From: an uncultured Pseudomonadota bacterium
GTDB taxonomy: Bacteria; Babelota; Babeliae; Babelales; Chromulinivoraceae
Length of the DNA stretch: 64,000 bases
NCBI GenBank assembly: GCA_964400275.1
Contig: CAYNSS010000001.1
Span: forward strand, 558,839-622,838
Direction: 5' to 3'
Position numbers and translations under genes: made by a program. The notes under the pieces were generated by a model. That model was not told the DNA's origin. It made no database searches and saw only the letters and a list, made by a program, of their open reading frames with translations. Positions 1-8,757 of the stretch are shown in pieces (position 1 is the first letter of the stretch; each line of letters begins with the position of its first letter).

Positions 1-958
1 TATCTCCAAATTTTGCCTGAGGGATGTGGGTAACATCAACCATAAAGTAGTTCATATTAATAAGACCGATAATAGGTGCATATTGGCCATGGATTAAAAC
101 TTTACCTGTTGCTAAAAGATCGGGATCAATTCCTTCATAATATCCCATGCCAAGCGTTGCAACCATAGTTGGTTTGGTAGTAACATAGGCTGTTTTTCTA
201 TATCCAACACTCGAGCCTGCAGCTATTTTCTTAAGAGAGATTATTTTTGTTTTAAGAGAAATAATAGGATGGAGCATTTGTTGCTTGGTTATTTCATTTT
301 CCGGTAAATAACCATATAGTCCAGCTCCAATACGTGCAAAATCATAGGTGTATTTAGTTATTAAAGAACTATTTGAATTACTAATGTGTATTTGAGTATT
401 GGGTTGCCAAAATTGTTTTAAAATTTCTTCTTGTTCATGAACGAGTTCTTGATTAAATGCTTCAATGAAATGTGACCAAATACCTTGTAAGTGTAAATTA
501 GGTAAATGTTTTATAGTATCAAGAGCTGTTTGTACTTCTTTGGGTAAAAATCCAAGACGAGAAAGTCCAGTATCTATTTTTAGATGGACATTAATTTTTT
601 TATTAAAAAGTCTTCCAATGTTTTGAAGATCTTGAAGCATTTTAAGACTGCTTACGCCACAATCAAGATCATATTCGGCAATAGTTTCAAGAGGAGTATT
701 AATAAAACCTAAAACAAGTATTGGCTTGGTTATTCCATTAATCCTTAGGTCTATAGCTTCTTGTGAATTTGCAACACAAAGACGAGAAATTAAATTATTT
801 TTTTGATGTAGTTTCCCTATTTCAATAATACCATGGCCATATGCATTTCCTTTTACAACAGCAGCTATTTGTGTTTTTTCAGGAAGCCACGATCTATATT
901 GAGCAACATTAAGATCAAGAGCTATTTTATTAATTTCTATCCAAGTTACATAATCCAT
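1..958 (-). CDS. alr: alanine racemase (3' end runs off the window start)
   Basis: Not in the ORF track because it is open at the window edge. Own translation from ATG at 958: MDYVTWIEINK...AAVVKGNAYGHG (PLP-lysine motif)...HLKIDTGLSRLG...NMNYFMVDVTHIP. Frame stays open to nt 1. Confidence 0.85.
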   Translation of the reverse strand, partial: MDYVTWIEINKIALDLNVAQYRSWLPEKTQIAAVVKGNAYGHGIIEIGKLHQKNNLISRLCVANSQEAIDLRINGITKPILVLGFINTPLETIAEYDLDCGVSSLKMLQDLQNIGRLFNKKINVHLKIDTGLSRLGFLPKEVQTALDTIKHLPNLHLQGIWSHFIEAFNQELVHEQEEILKQFWQPNTQIHISNSNSSLITKYTYDFARIGAGLYGYLPENEITKQQMLHPIISLKTKIISLKKIAAGSSVGYRKTAYVTTKPTMVATLGMGYYEGIDPDLLATGKVLIHGQYAPIIGLINMNYFMVDVTHIPQAKFGD

Positions 959-1161
959 AAAAACCCCTACTTTTTAAAGAATTTATGATGTAATGATAGT
1001 AAAAAAAAATTAGAATCACAATTGAAAAATATTTTTTAAAGGGCAGAATAACCTTTTAAACTATTTTTGATATTAAATTTTGATATTAAATCTAGTAAAA
1101 GAGACTCTGCTTTGTTACTCTTAACTTTGAATAAACATTATTTTTTAGGGGTACAAAAACC

Positions 1162-1974
1162 ATGAAGAAAAAAATTTCAAAGAAAATACAGCCTTATACA
1201 AATAGATCTTATAAAAAAGCTCCACAAAAAACGCAGCAGTTTGAAAAAAAACATCAGAATATTGGTGATGTAGTATATGGAGTTCATAGCGCACTTGAGC
1301 TTTTAAATGCTAAGCGTCGTAAAGTTACTGCGGTTTATACTGCTAAAACTGCGATTAAAGCATGGAGTAAGATAGAAAAATTATTACCGTCCTATGTTCC
1401 AGTTCAGTATGTTGATAGGAATGTATTAGATAATATTGCAGGTTCTTCTGAGCATCAAGGAATTGTTTTAGCTGTACAGCCCTTTCCTTTTGAATCAAAA
1501 ATGTTTGATCCGAAAAAATTTCCATTTTTAATAGTGCTTGATGGAGTTCAGGATGTTCGTAACTTAGGAGCAATTATCCGTTCAGCATATTGTACAGGTG
1601 TAGATGGTATAGTACTTTGTGCAAAAAACAGTGCCCCATTAACTCCTGCAGCAATTAAAGCATCAGCTGGACTTGCAGAGCATGCTCGAATTCATATTGC
1701 TTCATCAATGTCTATTGCTATTAAGGATTTGCATCAAGCTGGTTATCATATTTATTTAGCAACTTTAGGGCAAGGTGAAAATGCAACCACTATTAATTAT
1801 CAAATGCCAGCTGCTTTAGTAATAGGAAATGAAGAGACCGGAATTTCTAAGGAAATTCTATCATCGGGAACACGAGTTCTTTTGCCACAACGTCGTGCAG
1901 ATATTTCATATAACGCTTCAGTAGCAGCAGGAATTTTATTGTTTTTAATGGGGGTAGGTTTTAAAAAGATTTAA
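1162..1974 (+). CDS. rlmB: SpoU/TrmH-family rRNA 2'-O-methyltransferase (RlmB-like)
   Basis: VYGVHSALELL substrate-binding-domain-like N-terminus. SpoU motifs LVIGNEETGIS and SYNASVAAGILLF. Confidence 0.75.
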   Translation: MKKKISKKIQPYTNRSYKKAPQKTQQFEKKHQNIGDVVYGVHSALELLNAKRRKVTAVYTAKTAIKAWSKIEKLLPSYVPVQYVDRNVLDNIAGSSEHQGIVLAVQPFPFESKMFDPKKFPFLIVLDGVQDVRNLGAIIRSAYCTGVDGIVLCAKNSAPLTPAAIKASAGLAEHARIHIASSMSIAIKDLHQAGYHIYLATLGQGENATTINYQMPAALVIGNEETGISKEILSSGTRVLLPQRRADISYNASVAAGILLFLMGVGFKKI

Positions 1975-2005
1975 AAAATAGATATTTTTTAGGGGAGTAT
2001 ACGTT

Positions 2006-2605
2006 ATGATAGATAAAAGATTTATAGCGATTTTTTTGTTGATGTTTATTTTCACAGGAATTAGTTCATATCTTGTTTGGAAGTTATTTATTCTTGAAAA
2101 AAAAATAGAGCAACAAGAAGATGGTGAGCCATGCGCGTATAAAGAAATAGATTTTATATTACCAGTACAAGCTTTTTTGAAGCGTTGTGCGTCGTCTGAT
2201 CAACTTTCATATGTGCGTCGTTTATTTGTAAATCAATGGATTTCTTCTAATCAGCAAGATCTTGCTTCTTTAATTATGTATGCACAAGGTGCTACTAATT
2301 ATCAGGATCTTAAAAAAGCGTTTATGATAGGCATTGAAAAAGAGTCGCAAAGAGCAGCGGCTGCTTCTTTTATTGTTTCAGCAATTAAAACTATTGATGA
2401 AGATTCAAAACTTGTAGAGCATGTAACAAGATCACTTAAAGAAGGATATGGACCAAATATTCTTGCACTGCGTGGTCAAATGATGCAATTGGATATTGAT
2501 ACTAAAGAGTATAAAAAACTTCGTATTGAATATAAAAAAGAGCTTGATAAATGGATCAATGAAAAACATGGAGAATTATTGGATGAAATTATAGCAAAGA
2601 TGTAA
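2006..2605 (+). CDS. hypothetical membrane-anchored protein
   Basis: 199-aa ORF with N-terminal TM helix (FIAIFLLMFIFTGISSYLVW). No motif recognised. Confidence 0.5.
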   Translation: MIDKRFIAIFLLMFIFTGISSYLVWKLFILEKKIEQQEDGEPCAYKEIDFILPVQAFLKRCASSDQLSYVRRLFVNQWISSNQQDLASLIMYAQGATNYQDLKKAFMIGIEKESQRAAAASFIVSAIKTIDEDSKLVEHVTRSLKEGYGPNILALRGQMMQLDIDTKEYKKLRIEYKKELDKWINEKHGELLDEIIAKM

Positions 2606-2741
2606 TTATGTAGATTCAAGTAGATTTAATTTTTTTGTTAGCTTTTTTAAGTTGTTAGCCAAGAACTTGAAGGGCTAGTAACTATATGTTAGTTTTGGGC
2701 TGTTGATTTTAATTTTTTTTATAAAAAAAGAGAGAGTGAGT

Positions 2742-5096
2742 ATGAAGCGATTATTTATATGGACTTTTATATCTTTATTATACTTTATAGACGTTAAAAG
2801 TTCAGAAGCGTTAAGTAAAGAGCGCGTAACAGATTTAGTTATTTTTAATGATGCTCAAGAGCTTATACGCTTATCAGATTCTCCAGATAATATTAATCAA
2901 TTACAAAAAGCTATAATTAATAATTTTATCGCAGCGTTACTTGAGGAACAATTAATATTAGCTACAAAGTCACTATGGGTATCTTTTCAAAATATGGAAA
3001 CAATTTGGCAAGATTATACAGCTTTATCTACTGAAGAAATAAAAAATAAGTATCAGCCTAGGGATAATAACATTGAAAAAGTATCCAAAATAATGAAAGA
3101 AGTAGAGGATTATTATCAGCAAATAGAAAAGGATATTCGTGAGGGAAAAAAGGAATCTGAAATTAAAGATTTTTTAACAAAAATTCCTAATAAAAATAAT
3201 TATGCTGAAATTACAGCAATTTTTCAAGCGCATTGCTTGTATCAAATAATAATTTCTTATGATTATATTTGCAAAGATTTAGGTAATTTTATTTTGTTTA
3301 TTCCAAAAGAGTTAACTTTGAAAAGTGGTAATGATAAAGAAAAAAATATATTTATAGGATTATCTTATACTGAGTTACCGGATTTTGAGTATAAAGAAGA
3401 GTTGTCAATAAGCAATCAGGTAGATATCTTTAGTAAAATTGAGCAAATTCGTAACAATGAAAAATTAGGCGAAGAACTTTTAAATGTTTTAAAAAGGCTT
3501 ATTGTTAATAAGTCTATTTTGAATCATTATCCTAAAGCCGAATTGTCAAGTTTTAATATTATTATAAATGGGCATGGCAGTGAGGAGCTTGTTGCAGAAA
3601 TTTCTATGAAATTATATGATAATTTACAAACTAAAAAGAAAACATCTGATGTATTGCAACTTTTAAATTTTTTAAATAGTTCATTGATTAAAACTAAATC
3701 TTTATTAATATCATCATGTTTTTCGGGGGGTAAAAAAATTCGTGATATTATAAAATCTTCTTTAGATAATCCTTTTGTTATAGGTGATCCATCTAAGAAA
3801 AATTATTTATTTTGGAATAATTTTTTTGAATCTATAAAGTATTCCATTATTGCGGTTGGGGCATTTTATGCTCCATCTGTCGGTTTATTAAAAAAAGCAT
3901 TGTTTACATTTAAGGATGAAAATTTTGCTATTTATAATAATCATTACATTACAAAAGATGTAAAGGATAGATTGATCTTGAAAAAATACTTTCAGTATTT
4001 AAATGAAATTCCAGTTAAGTACAAAGAAGCAGCAAGATTATTTTTTTTTGAGGAGATCAATTTTGAGAATTTGGCAAGTATTAAGCTGCCAAATCTTGGC
4101 TGGTTTGTTCCTATAGAAATGACGATGAAAGGTGACAAAAATCAAGATACTGCAAATATATATTCAATTTCACAGATTGAAGCCCTCTTTAAAAAAGAAT
4201 TTACAATTGAAAAAGCCAAGAGAATATGGTTAAAAGCTAATTATGTAGACAAAATAAATATTCCAAAAGCATATTATAGTTTACCAAAATTCTTCTTAGT
4301 AAGTAATAATCAAAATTATGTTATTGAAGAAATAATAGCTCCTGATTTTATTTTATATAATGAAACAGCATCATTAGATACATCATTTTTTTCCGTTATT
4401 AAAAGTTTTCTTAGTGTGTCAGAAATTCTTGAACCAATTAATGTTGTTATTAAATCTTTAAAAACAAAAGATTATAGTTTTAAAAATATTTATATCTTTA
4501 TTTATAAGAACGATGTATGGATCCATGGTGATGGTAATTATAGAAATGGGTATATTTATACAGATGATAAGGGAAATACAAAAATTGCTTCATGGTTAAA
4601 TAGTGATAGTAAGGCTATATTTAATAAACAACAAGAAAATGATTATTCTTCTGAGATATCTGGTGAATATATAAGCTATGTTGAAAAAGAAGTTAAAAAA
4701 GAATTAGAGCAGTATGGAGATTATAAAAAAATTGAAAATCTTTATGGAAAAAATTATCCAAGTCATCTTAAAAAACAAATAATAAAAAGACAAAATTTAT
4801 TGAAAGAAGCAAAGCAAATAAAGAATGATAGTGATCCAAGGTTTAAGAGAAGTGAAACAAAAAAACAACCATATACCATAGAACATGTTATTAAAGGCTT
4901 AGATCTTGCACGTGCAGCTTTTTTCAAAAAATCAGAAAGAAAAGTTCAAGGTGTTCAGAATAATATACAAGAAATTATTAAAGTCTTAGATCTTGCACGT
5001 GCAACTGTTGTCCAAAAATCAGAAAGAAACATTCAAGATGCTCAGACTGTAGCTCGGGCATTAAATTTATCATATGCTGTTAAGCATGGTTTTTAA
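2742..5096 (+). CDS. large secreted protein, paralog A (candidate clan-CD-like cysteine peptidase fold)
   Basis: Start moved from track TTG 2703 to ATG 2742 (GAGAGAG upstream; signal peptide MKRLFIWTFISLLYFIDVKSSEA). Collinear with 5427..7886. FNIIINGHG (His codon 3573), then 48 aa, then SLLISSCFSGG (Cys codon 3717). Confidence 0.75.
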   Translation: MKRLFIWTFISLLYFIDVKSSEALSKERVTDLVIFNDAQELIRLSDSPDNINQLQKAIINNFIAALLEEQLILATKSLWVSFQNMETIWQDYTALSTEEIKNKYQPRDNNIEKVSKIMKEVEDYYQQIEKDIREGKKESEIKDFLTKIPNKNNYAEITAIFQAHCLYQIIISYDYICKDLGNFILFIPKELTLKSGNDKEKNIFIGLSYTELPDFEYKEELSISNQVDIFSKIEQIRNNEKLGEELLNVLKRLIVNKSILNHYPKAELSSFNIIINGHGSEELVAEISMKLYDNLQTKKKTSDVLQLLNFLNSSLIKTKSLLISSCFSGGKKIRDIIKSSLDNPFVIGDPSKKNYLFWNNFFESIKYSIIAVGAFYAPSVGLLKKALFTFKDENFAIYNNHYITKDVKDRLILKKYFQYLNEIPVKYKEAARLFFFEEINFENLASIKLPNLGWFVPIEMTMKGDKNQDTANIYSISQIEALFKKEFTIEKAKRIWLKANYVDKINIPKAYYSLPKFFLVSNNQNYVIEEIIAPDFILYNETASLDTSFFSVIKSFLSVSEILEPINVVIKSLKTKDYSFKNIYIFIYKNDVWIHGDGNYRNGYIYTDDKGNTKIASWLNSDSKAIFNKQQENDYSSEISGEYISYVEKEVKKELEQYGDYKKIENLYGKNYPSHLKKQIIKRQNLLKEAKQIKNDSDPRFKRSETKKQPYTIEHVIKGLDLARAAFFKKSERKVQGVQNNIQEIIKVLDLARATVVQKSERNIQDAQTVARALNLSYAVKHGF
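4887..5081 (+). repeat. in-frame tandem repeats at the 3' end of paralog A (29 aa, 25 aa and a partial unit)
   Basis: VIKGLDLARAAFFKKSERKVQGVQ / IIKVLDLARATVVQKSERNIQDAQ / VARALNLSYAV. Nucleotide repeat ttagatcttgcacgtgca occurs twice. Confidence 0.8.
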
Positions 5097-5125
5097 AATA
5101 TAAAAAATAGATCATTGTAAAAAAT

Positions 5126-5170
5126 AATAGCCATCATGATGTTTTAATATCATGATGGCTATTATTTTTT
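5126..5170 (+). terminator. rho-independent terminator of paralog A
   Basis: 15-bp stem aatagccatcatgat / atcatgatggctatt, followed by ATTTTTT. Confidence 0.8.
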
Positions 5171-5251
5171 ATGAGAATATTGACTTTTTAAATGTAAAAA
5201 AACTAGAGAATAGGTAGGTAGTTTTTGTTTTGTTGGCTTTAAGGGGAAGCT

Positions 5252-5372
5252 GTGAACAGATTAGGGTTATCGATAATAATATTTATTATAATTGCTTTAA
5301 GCATAAGGCTTTGAATTAAAAAAGATAAACCATTATCAATATTAGGTAAAACGCAGTGTATTTTTGATGTAG
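5252..5372 (+). pseudogene. duplicated, truncated 5' fragment of the ftsQ-like gene
   Basis: About 90% identical to 8038..8158, offset 2786 nt. GTG AAC AGA TTA GGG... reads VNRLGLSIIIFIIIALSIRL then TGA at 5312..5314. The same upstream sequence (aaaaaactagagaataggtaggtag...) precedes both copies. Confidence 0.8.
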
Positions 5373-5426
5373 ATGATCAGTTTGTGTGCGAATATTAAAA
5401 AAACTGATCTTATAAAGGAAAGTAGT

Positions 5427-7886
5427 ATGAATAAATTATTATTATTTGGATTATGTGCGCTTGGCATTATAAGCATACAAACATCAAATCAAGTAATTGA
5501 TAAACCAATTAGAAATTTAATTATTTTTAATGATGTTATCGAGAAAATGCATACATGGGATTTATTGGAAAAAATAGAACCAGAGAGCGCAGCTATTATT
5601 CGTGAATTTATAATTAGTTTGCTTGAAAAGCAGTTAGTACTTGTTACCAAATCATTATGGACTTCATTTCAAAATATTATACAAGCATGGAATAATTATA
5701 AAATGTTATCAGTAGATGAATTAAGAGAAAATTATATTACAGGTCTTAAGAAGGCAGGATTTGAAGATGCAGAAATAGATAAATATGCATTGGCAGATGA
5801 CTATATAAAATCGATGAAAATCGCAATTCTTACAATTGATAAACATTATCAAGCTATACAGAAGAAAATTACTAATAGATCAGAAGTTTTAGAATATTTA
5901 AAAAATATACCAGAAGAAGATAAAATAGAAGAGGTAGCACAACTTTTTGTAGCATATTATATTTATCAAATAATTTTATCGCATGATTACATCTGCAAAG
6001 AAGTAAACAATGAATTTATTATATTTATTCCTAAGGATATAACTTTAGCAAGTGGTAAGGATGAAAAAAAAGATATTTTTTTAGGGTTGTCATATACGAA
6101 ATTAAATGATTTTGACTATGGTACAAAATTATCTGATGATCAGGTTGATAAAATTTTTAATGATGCAAATGATATAATGTATAGTAATGCTTTAGGCCAA
6201 AAACTATTAGATGCATTAAATATCCTTAAAGTTAATAAATCTGATACAAATATATTAAAAAATCCTCAATTGCCATTTTTTAATATATTTATATCTGGGC
6301 ATGGTGATGATGTAATTACTTCAGAAATTTCTATAACTTTATCACAAGATCATAGAATCAAAGAACAGAAATCAGATATGTTACAAATTTTAAAGTTTTT
6401 TAATAATAGTATAAAAACTAAATCTTTAGCATTTGTATCTTGTTATCCAGGAGGCAAAAAATTCGTAGATACTTTTGATATTAAGCATCCACTTTCTAAT
6501 AGAGCATTAGAGTCTATTACATATCCAATTCTTTTTATGGGATCATTTTATGCCGAAACATTTAATACACTTATTTCTGATGCTCCATTTAAAGATTTAG
6601 ATTTTGTAGTATTTAATAATGCATTTTATGCTCCAAAAAGTTTACAAAGTATATTGTTTTGGAATCAATATTTTGATTTTATGAATCAACAACCAGTTGA
6701 GTATAAAAAAGCAGCAGAATTAATCTTTTTTAAAGAAGATACAGGATCAGAAGCTAATTTAGCAAGTTTTAAAAAACCAAATACTGCATGGTTTATACCA
6801 GTTGAATTTGAAAGTAAAAAGGTAGATCAATCATTTTTATCAATTTCTCAAATCTATGCCTTAACTCATGATCAAATTGTAGTTCCATCAAGATTAGATT
6901 TAAAACGTATATGGTTGCAAGCTAATTATGTACATACTATAAAATTTCCAAAAAGATCTTCTGTTCTATATGAATCTAAAGATGATGTATATGAATCTGC
7001 TGATAAGTTTAAAAAAATAAATGCTTTTCCTTATGTTTTTCCAATGAATTATCATAATCAAAATTATATAATTGAAAAAATTGAAGCGCCAGATCTTGTG
7101 CTTAATGATGAAAAATCAGAATTGGATTCTAGTTTGCATCAATTTATAGAAATCTTTTTTCCTGTTTATAAAATAAAAGAGCCTATTAAAATAGTTATTA
7201 AAAAGCTTATTACGAAAAATTATAATTTTAAAAATATATATATTTTTAGATATATTAAAAAGAAAGAGCTTTTTGGTGATCTTGCTACTTCTTTAGATAT
7301 TTCAAATGAAGATGAATATGAAGATGGATATATTTATACAGATACTAAAACAAAAGAAACAAAAATTGTTTTATGGCCTTATGATAAATATCATCCACTT
7401 TTTGAAAAAGAGTACCAAAAAGAGTTTGAAGAATATAAAAAAGAAAAATCAGACCTATCAGAAGAAGAAATAAAAGCATTAATGGATCAAGATGGAAGAG
7501 TTCAATTTAAAGAAGAAAATTTTGATGTATCTAAAAATGAATCATTTATTTCGTCTATAGAAGTACATTTAAAAAATATATTAGAACAATCAGTTGGTTA
7601 TAAAAATATTGAAAAAGCGTTACAAAAGAGCAAACAGGAATTTAAGGTACATAAAAAAGACGATAAAAGAGATTTAAAAGTAGTCAGTAGAGCTTTAGAT
7701 CTTGCACAAGCAGTGATTATCCAAAAAAATAAAAGGAATTTAAAAGTAGTCAGTAGGGCTTTAGATCTTGCACAAGCAGTGACTATGGAAAAAAATAAAA
7801 GAGAAGCAGAATTTTTTTTACAAAAATCAAAAATTGTAGCTCGAACATTAGATCTAGCCTATACGCTTAATAATTCTAACAATTAA
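5427..7886 (+). CDS. large secreted protein, paralog B (candidate clan-CD-like cysteine peptidase fold)
   Basis: Start moved from track ATG 5373 to ATG 5427 (AAAGGAAAG upstream; signal peptide MNKLLLFGLCALGIISIQT). FNIFISGHG (His codon 6300), then 47 aa, then SLAFVSCYPGG (Cys codon 6441). Confidence 0.75.
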   Translation: MNKLLLFGLCALGIISIQTSNQVIDKPIRNLIIFNDVIEKMHTWDLLEKIEPESAAIIREFIISLLEKQLVLVTKSLWTSFQNIIQAWNNYKMLSVDELRENYITGLKKAGFEDAEIDKYALADDYIKSMKIAILTIDKHYQAIQKKITNRSEVLEYLKNIPEEDKIEEVAQLFVAYYIYQIILSHDYICKEVNNEFIIFIPKDITLASGKDEKKDIFLGLSYTKLNDFDYGTKLSDDQVDKIFNDANDIMYSNALGQKLLDALNILKVNKSDTNILKNPQLPFFNIFISGHGDDVITSEISITLSQDHRIKEQKSDMLQILKFFNNSIKTKSLAFVSCYPGGKKFVDTFDIKHPLSNRALESITYPILFMGSFYAETFNTLISDAPFKDLDFVVFNNAFYAPKSLQSILFWNQYFDFMNQQPVEYKKAAELIFFKEDTGSEANLASFKKPNTAWFIPVEFESKKVDQSFLSISQIYALTHDQIVVPSRLDLKRIWLQANYVHTIKFPKRSSVLYESKDDVYESADKFKKINAFPYVFPMNYHNQNYIIEKIEAPDLVLNDEKSELDSSLHQFIEIFFPVYKIKEPIKIVIKKLITKNYNFKNIYIFRYIKKKELFGDLATSLDISNEDEYEDGYIYTDTKTKETKIVLWPYDKYHPLFEKEYQKEFEEYKKEKSDLSEEEIKALMDQDGRVQFKEENFDVSKNESFISSIEVHLKNILEQSVGYKNIEKALQKSKQEFKVHKKDDKRDLKVVSRALDLAQAVIIQKNKRNLKVVSRALDLAQAVTMEKNKREAEFFLQKSKIVARTLDLAYTLNNSNN
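7672..7870 (+). repeat. in-frame 66-nt tandem repeat (2 near-perfect units plus 1 degenerate) at the 3' end of paralog B
   Basis: LKVVSRALDLAQAVIIQKNKRN / LKVVSRALDLAQAVTMEKNKRE / IVARTLDLAYTL. Units start at 7672 and 7738. Confidence 0.85.
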
Positions 7887-7911
7887 AATTGATAGATGTT
7901 TTTAATTTTAT

Positions 7912-7956
7912 AATCCCTATTATGATGGTCCTTTATCATGATGGGGATTATTTTTT
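7912..7956 (+). terminator. rho-independent terminator of paralog B
   Basis: Stem aatccctattatgatg / catgatggggatt with G-U pairs, then T6. Homologous to the 5126 hairpin. Confidence 0.7.
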
Positions 7957-8037
7957 ATAGGATTATTGACTTTTTAAGTGTAAAAAAACTAGAGAATAGG
8001 TAGGTAGTTTTTGTTTTGTTGGCTTTAAGGGGAAGCT

Positions 8038-8757
8038 GTGAACAGATTAGGGTTATCGATAATAATATTTATTATAATTGCTTTGAGCATAATGTTTTGG
8101 ATTAAAAAAGATAAACCATTATCAACATTACATATAACGCAATGTATTTTAGACGTTGATAATCAATTTGCTCCTGAATATCAAAAAAAAATAGTTGATG
8201 TTATTAAGGATAGTTATAAAAACAGTAAAAATCCTGAAGATGTAATTCAAAAAGCAGTTCGAGAATTTGTTGAGATTCATGATATGAAAGCAGAAATATG
8301 TGGAGCAGATTCAATCTGTTTTCATGCATATGGGTTTAAGCCAATATTTATATTGGGTGATAATAAGGTTGTCGTTGATAATGGATTAACTTTTGAAAAG
8401 AAAAACTTTGATGTAGATAGCGTAACTGGATTACCTAAGATTATTTCTCAAAAAAATGATCAAGTTACTACCATGATTCATTTTATACAGTCAATACCAA
8501 CTGAAGTTATTCAAAAATACAGTATAGATTGGCTTGATAAAAATTATATCGTTTTAAGATCCAAAAAACATGAAGGAATGAAGTGCTTGGTATCGGATAT
8601 TTTAATTCCAAATGAAAAAATATTTAAAGAGTGTTCGTTGTTATATGATTTAGATTTGCAAAAATTACCAAAAAAGAAACAAAACAAACATATGGTGGAG
8701 TATGACATAAGATTTAAAAATCAAATTATTGTAAGGTCCGGGGGGAACTATGGCTAA
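8038..8757 (+). CDS. ftsQ: cell-division protein FtsQ/DivIB-like
   Basis: GTG start, single N-terminal TM helix, about 240 aa. Lies immediately upstream of ftsA and overlaps it by 8 nt. Call rests mainly on synteny. Confidence 0.5.
   Translation: MNRLGLSIIIFIIIALSIMFWIKKDKPLSTLHITQCILDVDNQFAPEYQKKIVDVIKDSYKNSKNPEDVIQKAVREFVEIHDMKAEICGADSICFHAYGFKPIFILGDNKVVVDNGLTFEKKNFDVDSVTGLPKIISQKNDQVTTMIHFIQSIPTEVIQKYSIDWLDKNYIVLRSKKHEGMKCLVSDILIPNEKIFKECSLLYDLDLQKLPKKKQNKHMVEYDIRFKNQIIVRSGGNYG

Noticed and set aside
2703-5426. N-terminal extensions of track ORFs 2703 (TTG), 5373 and, elsewhere, 19809..20906 and 41686
   Set aside because: Internal ATGs preceded by purine-rich RBS-like sequence give canonical signal peptides or the conserved N-terminus. 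The extension at 5373 lies in the duplicated ftsQ fragment.
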